DNA of 64,000 nt from a virus (taxonomy: Duplodnaviria > Caudoviricetes): the IMG/VR virus record IMGVR_UViG_3300030376_006484, positions 1-64,000 of that record. One strand, written 5' to 3'. The notes beneath the pieces are model-generated. The model did no database searches. It worked only from the letters and a program-made list of their open reading frames with translations, and was not told the DNA's origin. The translations under genes were made by a program, and so were the position numbers. Positions 56,328-64,000 of this stretch are shown here, piece after piece. How positions within the stretch are numbered: the first letter of the stretch is position 1; the number at the start of each line of letters is the position of its first letter.

Positions 56328-56726
56328 ATGGCGGCACTTAACACCGACACTAGGCTAATCATGACTATTCTTTTTGTAGGGGTAGTTAGTGGGGCAAATG
56401 TTTTCTTTTATGCACAATATGGTACTAACTTTCCATACACGCACTTAGCACATGGGGTTCTATTTGGGCTTATTACAGTGGGTGCTATTTTAATTATGAA
56501 GGCTCTCAATGATTTATTCTTAAATGATTACATAGAGCAAGGACTTCTAGATAGAAGAATTGAGGCTTATTGGAAACTTAAGAACAAGGAAGAACAACAA
56601 AGAAAGAGAATGCAAGATTCTCTAAAGACCTTCCAAACAGACTACAATACTACTAGAGTACCGGAAATTGCTACTTATAACGCAGAAGACGGCATAGGAA
56701 ATGAATTTTTAGCCACCTTACAGTGA
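56328..56726 (+). CDS. Two-TM membrane protein with cytosolic coiled coil
   Basis: LIMTILFVGVVSGANVFFY and GVLFGLITVGAILIM helices. Confidence 0.75.
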   Translation: MAALNTDTRLIMTILFVGVVSGANVFFYAQYGTNFPYTHLAHGVLFGLITVGAILIMKALNDLFLNDYIEQGLLDRRIEAYWKLKNKEEQQRKRMQDSLKTFQTDYNTTRVPEIATYNAEDGIGNEFLATLQ

Positions 56727-56735
56727 GGTGGTTAA

Positions 56736-56954
56736 GTGGTCTTGAGCGACTTAATGGGTTTTTCCGACTCGGATTATGCGTACAATCAACAGAGAGCGCA
56801 TTCTGCTGATATGTTCTTTATGAGAATGAGGGCATGGTTTTGGGGTTCTTGTGTTGGCTTGTCTTGTTTATTAATAGGAAATATCATGGGTGTTTTTGAT
56901 ATAAATATCATGGGTTGGCTAATAGACAAAGTAACAGGTTTATGGAGTCATTAA
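56736..56954 (+). CDS. Single-TM membrane protein
   Basis: AWFWGSCVGLSCLLIGNIMGVF. Confidence 0.7.
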   Translation: MVLSDLMGFSDSDYAYNQQRAHSADMFFMRMRAWFWGSCVGLSCLLIGNIMGVFDINIMGWLIDKVTGLWSH

Positions 56955-56955
56955 A

Positions 56956-57618
56956 ATGTCAGTAATGACAGGCTTTGCTATTCTTTTAGGAGAAGCAGTG
57001 ATAGGGTTTTACAAGAAAATACATGCAATTAATTTTGGAGTATACGGAGCAACAATGGTAGGTAAAACTACTTTACATCATCAGTTAAGGACTAGAGGCG
57101 AAGTCCCTCAAATAAAAGAAAGAACAGTAGGAGTCCATAGACCAACAAGAAAAACAGTAAAAATAGACGGTGATGTTCATACCTTAAAGACTGCTGATAT
57201 GGGGGGCGAGTCTATTTATTGGCGACAATGGCTTAGAGATATAAAAAAAAGAAGAGTCAAATACATTATTTTTCTTATTGACCATAGACATTTAGATAGC
57301 CAAGCAAATTTAGACCATCAACTAGCATGGAAGTTTTTGGTAGATGGTATTTGTTCAACCACTTGGCCTAATGGAAAAAAGAAAAAAACAGAAGAATACC
57401 CTTTGGCGATAGGTCTTTGGGCTAATAAGTATGATATGTGGGGAAAAAAATACAAACATGATGGTGATATAGAAGACCATCCTATCTTTGAACCATTTCA
57501 TTATGGTATGCAAAAACTAAATGAACGAGGGATTCCCACATTCAAATACATAGTATCGGCTAAGTCGCAACCGGAGATGGTTTATCGTGGCGTTACAACA
57601 ATGATAAAGGATTATTGA
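56956..57618 (+). CDS. Small Ras-superfamily GTPase, Arf/Sar1-like
   Basis: G1 GATMVGKT, G2 ERT, G3 DMGG, G4 NKYD, G5 SAK; N-terminal hydrophobic helix. Confidence 0.88.
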   Translation: MSVMTGFAILLGEAVIGFYKKIHAINFGVYGATMVGKTTLHHQLRTRGEVPQIKERTVGVHRPTRKTVKIDGDVHTLKTADMGGESIYWRQWLRDIKKRRVKYIIFLIDHRHLDSQANLDHQLAWKFLVDGICSTTWPNGKKKKTEEYPLAIGLWANKYDMWGKKYKHDGDIEDHPIFEPFHYGMQKLNERGIPTFKYIVSAKSQPEMVYRGVTTMIKDY

Positions 57619-58256
57619 TTAATATGTACCAACAACCGAATTTGATAGGGGCGCAATCACCACAAACAGGCAACTTGTTTTTGTCGCCTTTAATGCAAGC
57701 AAGAGCAAGTGGCCCTGTAGAAGAATATAAGTTTAAGAATATTAAACCTAAAAAGAAGTTAAAGGAAATCAAGCAAGTACTAATGGCCGAAAAAAAGAAA
57801 TTTTTGTTTATTAGATATGGATTTAAATTTAATTTAAAGGAACGGTGTGTTGTTTGTGGAGCGCATAAAGTATGGGAGTCGGGGGATTATATGCGGCCTC
57901 CTATCCCTTTGACCCATGTAGAAAAGGGTCGTCCTATGCGAGGAACATATTGCGATAAGCATTCGGCAACACATAAACAAATGGAAATGTTACAACAACA
58001 AATACTAGCAGAAGAACACGGTCTTGATTTTAAAGCATTTATTCCTAGACCAAGAATGCCCCAAGTTTTATCTAAGGGGCCGCTTACCACACTATCACAG
58101 GCAGATGTAGTTTCGCTAACTTCGGCAGGATGGATACTAAAACCCCCTACTAATAAAACAGAAGAAACACCCCCCGAAGAAGTAGTTAGACTATCACAAG
58201 AAATGCGAACATCATTAGAAAGAATGCAGTTTTTAATAGAAGGAAAGGGTGAATAA
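57615..58256 (+). CDS. Zinc-binding, proline-rich protein
   Basis: CVVC...YCDKH; YMRPPIP. Confidence 0.7.
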   Translation: MINMYQQPNLIGAQSPQTGNLFLSPLMQARASGPVEEYKFKNIKPKKKLKEIKQVLMAEKKKFLFIRYGFKFNLKERCVVCGAHKVWESGDYMRPPIPLTHVEKGRPMRGTYCDKHSATHKQMEMLQQQILAEEHGLDFKAFIPRPRMPQVLSKGPLTTLSQADVVSLTSAGWILKPPTNKTEETPPEEVVRLSQEMRTSLERMQFLIEGKGE

Positions 58257-58929
58257 CATGGTATTTGGAACAAGTAATGGAACAGTATTAAGTGCGGTAA
58301 ACGCTCAAAACGACCAACAATTCAAGAATGTAAATAATCTACTATCTTTACAAGATAACCATGTGGAAGAATTCTTTCAATATCATGGCTCTCAGTTTTT
58401 AGGAGCATTAGAAAAACTAATGGAAGATGTTACAGAAAGAGTAGTAAGTCAAATGTTGGCTAAATTAGAATTTGTTCAAGATTCTACTACAGGTAAAACC
58501 ACTGTTCACCCCGATTGTTTAAGAGAATATGAAAAGATTACTGCTGAAAATATTCAATTAGATATTAATGCAATTCTTCATTCTGCGGTTGATACAGAAG
58601 TAATCAACCAAAGAAAGATGGCTAAGAAACAGTATTTAGAATCACAAGGATTTGCTTCCCCTCAACAAGGATACCAACAAGCGATGGCTCCATCAGCAGG
58701 TGTGGCTATAGCCGGAGTGACAGGACAAACTCAACAATATAACCAAGTGCAAGGCGCAGTAAATAATGGTAGTGGGTATCCAATACCACCAAGCGGGACA
58801 GATGGATACGGTAGGCCGTTTTGGGTAGACCCACAAACAGGGCAAACTAGTTACGAGCCTCCTAAAAGTGGATTGCATTTAGGCTCTGCTATCCAAAAGG
58901 GTGCGGCATGGGCCAAGTGGTTAATGTGA
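58249..58929 (+). CDS. Helical protein with C-terminal WW-like motif
   Basis: YPIPPSGTDGYGRPFWVDPQTGQTSYEPP; terminal amphipathic helix. Confidence 0.7.
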   Translation: MNNMVFGTSNGTVLSAVNAQNDQQFKNVNNLLSLQDNHVEEFFQYHGSQFLGALEKLMEDVTERVVSQMLAKLEFVQDSTTGKTTVHPDCLREYEKITAENIQLDINAILHSAVDTEVINQRKMAKKQYLESQGFASPQQGYQQAMAPSAGVAIAGVTGQTQQYNQVQGAVNNGSGYPIPPSGTDGYGRPFWVDPQTGQTSYEPPKSGLHLGSAIQKGAAWAKWLM

Positions 58930-58938
58930 GGATTGTAA

Positions 58939-60279
58939 ATGTTCATTCCGATTCATTTAAACAATACAGGTCAAGTTTTTGATGTTGTGAAATATGGCGA
59001 ATTATCGTTATTAAAAAAATTGTTTTATGGTAACACGGAGGTTTCTTCTGTTTCTTTGGATGAAGAATTGGATGAGAAGATTGAGGATTTGGAAGATTTG
59101 AATAGAGGTTCGGAATACGAGTTTAATGTTGATGATGCTAAAAAGGAATTTAGAGAACAATTAGCAAATTTAAAAACAGAGAGTTTTTCGGACTTGGATA
59201 AAATAGTACAGATTGACAAGAAGATACCAATACTTGTTGATAAGATGAATTTTACAATTAAAGACATTGCTAATACTGATAAGAGAAATAAATTACTATC
59301 TATGGGTGAAGAAACTGTTGCATATGAAAGACTAACAACTCCTAGCGAAAAAATATCACTAGATGAGTTAGAAGACAAAATTAAGGATACGGGCTTTAAC
59401 ACACAATTTGATGAATTGTATGATACTGTTTTAGATGACATGGAAGTAGATGAAGAAAACAATAAAATATCTTTCAGTGATATACCATTTACAAGAAGAG
59501 TACTAGAAAGATACAAACCTAGTAAATTATGGATTGATGATTATTTAAACCAACATAAGCAATTATCCCCTAATATATTTGAAGAAACAGTGGTTCTTGC
59601 TACCTTAAAGGTAGTCAATGGTGAACTTGTAGTTGAAGGTAATCTAGATGAAGACCAAGTTGAGGAATACTTTGATTACGAAGAAGTAGAAACGGGTGAA
59701 TTTGCAATTGAAGTATTAGTCGCCACATTAAAAGAAAACCTAAACAGAAAAGCATGGGCTGATTTATTTTTAAGTGCTATATTTGACAACCAAAAAAATA
59801 ATTTCATAGATTATCTAACTGATTTTACTAAACTAATGCAGGTTGAATGTACTATTAAGCCTAAGTCGGAGGTAAGCCCACGAACAGGCGAAGTACAAAT
59901 TGTGGCCGATTTAGTATTTACTGAATATGGTAGAATTAGATTTACTAAGCCACCTTTGCCTAGACTTGCGGGTGCAACTAAGAAAGACAATTTGCTTAAA
60001 CCTAGAGTATCAACGAATATTCCCTTTCCAGATTTTATAGATAAAGACAGAATTAATCTAAAACAACCCGATGCTTGGAAAGATGAATTAAGTGCAAGTG
60101 CTAGAGCCAAATACCAAGACCTTACTCCCAAAGCAAGACAAACAAGAGAAGAAGAGTTGAGAGATAAAATATTCAACCAAAACCAACAAAAAATTACAGA
60201 AACTAGAGAAAAAGTACTCGCTTTCTTTTATGAAATCATTTCTAATCTTAGTGATTTAGAAGACGCATTGGAGGTCTAA
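58939..60279 (+). CDS. Acidic hypothetical protein
   Basis: 446-aa ORF. Confidence 0.7.
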   Translation: MFIPIHLNNTGQVFDVVKYGELSLLKKLFYGNTEVSSVSLDEELDEKIEDLEDLNRGSEYEFNVDDAKKEFREQLANLKTESFSDLDKIVQIDKKIPILVDKMNFTIKDIANTDKRNKLLSMGEETVAYERLTTPSEKISLDELEDKIKDTGFNTQFDELYDTVLDDMEVDEENNKISFSDIPFTRRVLERYKPSKLWIDDYLNQHKQLSPNIFEETVVLATLKVVNGELVVEGNLDEDQVEEYFDYEEVETGEFAIEVLVATLKENLNRKAWADLFLSAIFDNQKNNFIDYLTDFTKLMQVECTIKPKSEVSPRTGEVQIVADLVFTEYGRIRFTKPPLPRLAGATKKDNLLKPRVSTNIPFPDFIDKDRINLKQPDAWKDELSASARAKYQDLTPKARQTREEELRDKIFNQNQQKITETREKVLAFFYEIISNLSDLEDALEV

Positions 60280-60281
60280 GT

Positions 60282-61400
60282 ATGCCTGTATCATCATCCC
60301 CTAGTGACTATACCAACATAAATGTAGATTATTCACAAGGTCGTGGATTTTATACTGATAAAACATCTATATCGGATTTATTACAAATACCTGCTTTTAC
60401 TTCTGTTACTAATCCTACGGATGCACAGATAGGTGCTATCATCAAAAGAACAGAAGGAATCATTGATGATAAAATAAACCGTTCCTTTAGACCTATTATT
60501 TGGAAGGATGAGTTTCGTGATTTTGAATTTACTCATCACCCAATAAATTCATATTACAGTGGCTATGTAGGGTTTGTTCAATTAAACCAAATGAAGGTTA
60601 GAAAGATTATCAGTCTACAAGTTTGGGAAGGAACCAATTACAGAGAGTTGGCTTCTGCTCAAGCAAGTATTAGTTTGGACACTTCCAAATATAATAAGAT
60701 AAGAAAACTAACCTTGACTCTACCTAATTCAGTAGATTCTTGGGATTTATTTTATAGTGGGGAAGGCGGTAAGTCGGCCACACAGACATTCAATTTAAAT
60801 TTTGGAGCAAAGACTACGGCAAAGGAAATTGTTGCTTTGATTAACGAACAGTTTCCTGCTAGGACTGCACAGTTTACGGGAGCCACTGCTGAAAAAGCAA
60901 ACACTTCTTTGACTAATGGATATTCTATTTCTGATTTTTTCTATGCTTACACTGATAGCCAAGACGGAACCTTAGTCCATATTTCTAGTCTGTTAGAAGG
61001 CGAGGATGGTTCGGATTGTACTCTTACGGTTACAGACCAAGCAGGGCAAACTTCCGATAGCGTGGTTACTAATTTCACTGATAAGCAGGAAATGAAAAGA
61101 CTAGGGGACTTTTGGATGATGGGTAGTGATGGTCGTATTTTCTTCAATAAGAAGTATCCTTACCACAGAAAAAATTCAGTTATTGTTAGTTTTGTTGCAG
61201 GTGATGGAAGAGTACCTTCTGCAATTCATGAAGCCGCTACTAAATTGGTTGCGGCAGAAATACTACGGCATGATGACCAAACTATTCTTATTGCTGAAAC
61301 AGGTGCTAATATTTCCACTAAGGAAAAGTACGATATTCTAAGAAAAGAGGGTATGGAAATCTTAGACGGTAAGAAAGATTTAGTTTATTTGATTGATTGA
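60282..61400 (+). CDS. Head-tail adaptor/neck protein
   Basis: IKRTEGIIDDKINRSF...VSFVAG...VPSAIHEAATKLVA (gp6/gp15-like). Confidence 0.7.
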   Translation: MPVSSSPSDYTNINVDYSQGRGFYTDKTSISDLLQIPAFTSVTNPTDAQIGAIIKRTEGIIDDKINRSFRPIIWKDEFRDFEFTHHPINSYYSGYVGFVQLNQMKVRKIISLQVWEGTNYRELASAQASISLDTSKYNKIRKLTLTLPNSVDSWDLFYSGEGGKSATQTFNLNFGAKTTAKEIVALINEQFPARTAQFTGATAEKANTSLTNGYSISDFFYAYTDSQDGTLVHISSLLEGEDGSDCTLTVTDQAGQTSDSVVTNFTDKQEMKRLGDFWMMGSDGRIFFNKKYPYHRKNSVIVSFVAGDGRVPSAIHEAATKLVAAEILRHDDQTILIAETGANISTKEKYDILRKEGMEILDGKKDLVYLID

Positions 61401-61608
61401 TATGTCATTTAAAAAAGCAACTGAGGTTTTTACTGATTTTCTAGAGAGGGAAAAACAAAGAAACATACAGATGTTAGAAGTTTCTAGATTATTAGGGGTA
61501 GATTTAACTTTTACAAATGACGAACTTATCAAAAATGCAGAAGAAGCATATATTCAGTACATGGAAAAACTAATAGTAGAACAAGCGGAGGCAGTAATTA
61601 ATGGATGA
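61393..61608 (+). CDS. Hypothetical protein
   Basis: Coupled ORF. Confidence 0.55.
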   Translation: MIDMSFKKATEVFTDFLEREKQRNIQMLEVSRLLGVDLTFTNDELIKNAEEAYIQYMEKLIVEQAEAVING

Positions 61609-62110
61609 AGTTAGTTTAGTGATTGATTTATTAGACAATCAATGGTCTACTTCTGCAACAACTTTAGTTAGTGCAGGTACAATAAATGTCTCTCATTCGG
61701 GAAAACCTAACCTAATTGATGTTCGTTCTATTGAGAAGAATAAGGGTGTTAGATATGACCTCTCTTCTAAAGATGTAATTATTGTTTTTGAGGATTCTAA
61801 TACAATGGATTATCCTACGGTGTTTTATGATGTACGAAATGAAACCTATTCTTTTACTCTACATATTAGAACGGTTCAAGATGAAAGAGCCGGAACAGAC
61901 GCAGATTTCGGCAAAGATAGGCTAAGGGCTTTATACTTGATAACCCGTCACGCAATTGAGAGCAAGCGTAGGGGGTACGAATCTTCGGATAATTCATGTT
62001 TTAATCAACTTTTTTTAGGGGCGAGAAGCGAATCTAATGATAGGGCAAAACGATTATTCGGATATAAATTGAATTTAGAAGCGAAAAGATTTGCTCAAAC
62101 AGTCCCTTAG
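61601..62110 (+). CDS. Putative tail terminator/completion protein
   Basis: Position before the tail tube gene; size and alpha/beta pattern. Confidence 0.5.
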   Translation: MDEVSLVIDLLDNQWSTSATTLVSAGTINVSHSGKPNLIDVRSIEKNKGVRYDLSSKDVIIVFEDSNTMDYPTVFYDVRNETYSFTLHIRTVQDERAGTDADFGKDRLRALYLITRHAIESKRRGYESSDNSCFNQLFLGARSESNDRAKRLFGYKLNLEAKRFAQTVP

Positions 62111-62133
62111 TTTGTAAGTAAGGAAGTGGGATT

Positions 62134-63738
62134 ATGACCAACAACAATATATTTTTAGGAAGCGGCACATCGGTAACTTTTGTTCCCGAAGTAGATATTT
62201 ATTTGAAACCTCACGGAACGGCGGGTACGGCTTTAACCGATACAAACGGCGTACTTCCTTCGGGACAAGGAAATAAATTAACTCTGCATGGTGATTTTAC
62301 AGGCAATTTTGATTTGGTCAATGACCTTTATGTTGGTTGTGTTTTGGAGTTTTATGATGGCGGAGGAACTACCCCCACTTCTTCGCATAGAGTAACATCT
62401 AATGACGCTACAACCATTACTTTTCACCCTGCTATAACTGCAACTATTGTTCCTGCTACTGACTTTTTCCACTTAAAAGGATATGGCGCACCATGTCCTG
62501 CGGAAAGCGGTACTTCAAACCTAAAACATCTAAACGCCGACAATTGGTTGGGTATTGTAGAGTCCCTAACTTTCCCTTCTGTTGATGTAGAATTCAAACA
62601 ACAGAATTTGTTTGTGGGTGGAAGCAGAAACTTTACCCACCAATACAAAGGAATAGAAACGGCAGGTAACGCAAGCATTGGTATTGTTGCTAATCATGGT
62701 GCTTGGTTGTACTATTTCTTTGGTAAGTGTTCTTCTATTAGTGCTACTCTAGACTCTGGTACTCACCCCGATAGTGCCTTCGCAGGAGATGTTACCTCCG
62801 AAAATAAATATTATTTGCATGGCTCTAGTCTTACTGACACAGGGCCGTTGTTTTACAGAAGTATAGACAATGTAATGACCCCTCCGCTTTTGGAAGGGCA
62901 AGATGCCTTCGCAGATTTAGACCAATTAACAGAATCTACAGTTGGTGCTGACGGATTTATTGATAACCCAATTACCTACACCTTTACAGAGCAGGATGGG
63001 GATGATTTGCCTTCCTTTGCTATGGAACAAGTCTTTTCTAAATTACCATCTACAAACACTTACAGTACAAATACTGCTGATGCTGATGAAGATACTAACT
63101 TTGTTCTTATTGCTACAGGCAACAGAGTAAACACTCTTACAATGACTGCTAATGAAAACGAAGAGTTGAAAATGACTATGGATTGTATGCCTCGTAAGGT
63201 TCACAGTTTAGGGAAGACGGAGAAGTATGCGGCTAGAAGGTCTGTTACTGACGAAACTGCTTTCAAGAATTTCGCTTCCGATGATAAACTATTGGAGCCT
63301 TTCTTCTTTTCAAGTGGTTCTATTAGTTTATTCGGACAAGACTTTATGAGAATTACCCAATTCTCCTTGACAATGAACAATACTCTTACTGATAAAAGAT
63401 TCATTGGTATTGGTAGTAGGAATGTTAAGGATGCTATTCCTGCACAAAGAACCTACGAATTGACTTTTAGTGCTTTAGTTACTGATGATAAATTATTCAA
63501 TGAGTTGAAAAACAATGACGAAAACCAATCGGGTGATAGTGGAGCAGTGATTGATTTAATCTTTGATAAACCAAACCAAGAACAAATCCGTTTGAAGTTT
63601 GATAACTATTACTTGACTACAAACTCTTGGCCTATTCCCGAAGACAAAGGAGCCGTAGTCGTAGATGCTACAATCATTCCTCGTTCCTTAGCGTCTAGTG
63701 GATGCACCGTCAAAACCCATTGGGTCTTGCAGGGGTGA
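62134..63738 (+). CDS. Major tail tube protein (siphovirus-type), with insertions
   Basis: LPSFAME, VNTLTM, FSLTMNNTL, RTYELTF tube-protein pattern. Confidence 0.75.
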   Translation: MTNNNIFLGSGTSVTFVPEVDIYLKPHGTAGTALTDTNGVLPSGQGNKLTLHGDFTGNFDLVNDLYVGCVLEFYDGGGTTPTSSHRVTSNDATTITFHPAITATIVPATDFFHLKGYGAPCPAESGTSNLKHLNADNWLGIVESLTFPSVDVEFKQQNLFVGGSRNFTHQYKGIETAGNASIGIVANHGAWLYYFFGKCSSISATLDSGTHPDSAFAGDVTSENKYYLHGSSLTDTGPLFYRSIDNVMTPPLLEGQDAFADLDQLTESTVGADGFIDNPITYTFTEQDGDDLPSFAMEQVFSKLPSTNTYSTNTADADEDTNFVLIATGNRVNTLTMTANENEELKMTMDCMPRKVHSLGKTEKYAARRSVTDETAFKNFASDDKLLEPFFFSSGSISLFGQDFMRITQFSLTMNNTLTDKRFIGIGSRNVKDAIPAQRTYELTFSALVTDDKLFNELKNNDENQSGDSGAVIDLIFDKPNQEQIRLKFDNYYLTTNSWPIPEDKGAVVVDATIIPRSLASSGCTVKTHWVLQG

Positions 63739-63922
63739 GCAAGTGGTTGAAGTAAAAGGTGTAGACCGCTACACAAAAAGGAAACAATACCGTGAGCGTC
63801 TTCTAGAAGAACAGGAGAAAGCAAAATCAAAACCTGCCCCTAAGAAGAGGGGTAGGAAGCCAAAGGCAGTGAAGGAAACTCCACCGTCAAAGGAGGAAGT
63901 CTCTAAGACAGAAGAAGAATAA
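63735..63922 (+). CDS. Small basic/acidic protein
   Basis: KKRGRKPK AT-hook-like motif; start uncertain. Confidence 0.4.
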
Positions 63923-64000
63923 ACATTCCACTAACATTATTTGTTTGTTAGTTTTTATGAAGGTGGATAAAATGAATACAGTAAAAGATAAATCAGTGCT

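Overview
This window is part of the genome of a tailed (Caudoviricetes-type) archaeal dsDNA virus. Gene content points to a magrovirus-like virus of marine Euryarchaeota (Poseidoniales/MG-II); the host is inferred, not proven. Left arm (1-24.5 kb, minus strand): archaeal-type replication module (PolB, sliding clamp, AAA/RecA-fold ATPase, RPA, RFC small and large subunits, ATP-dependent ligase), GroES/GroEL, TFB, a ubiquitin-like set (Ubl ending GG-SC, ThiF/E1, JAB protease), tRNA-Leu(UAA), tRNA-Arg(UCU) and a UvrD helicase. Centre (24.5-29.4 kb): strand-switch region with AT-rich repeats, five copies of a palindromic element, and two paralogous ORFs each enclosed in a covarying 5'/3' RNA panhandle ending in UCCA. 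Right arm (29.4-64 kb, plus strand): morphogenesis module with terminase, portal, a second ligase, protease-scaffold, MCP and neck/tail genes. About 19 ORFs there share an N-terminal W-x-x-(I/L)-x-K leader that also ends the scaffold, suggesting capsid cargo loading. An Arf/Sar1-like GTPase, membrane proteins and a WW-like protein follow the capsid genes. All calls come from motif reading by eye; no database searches were run.
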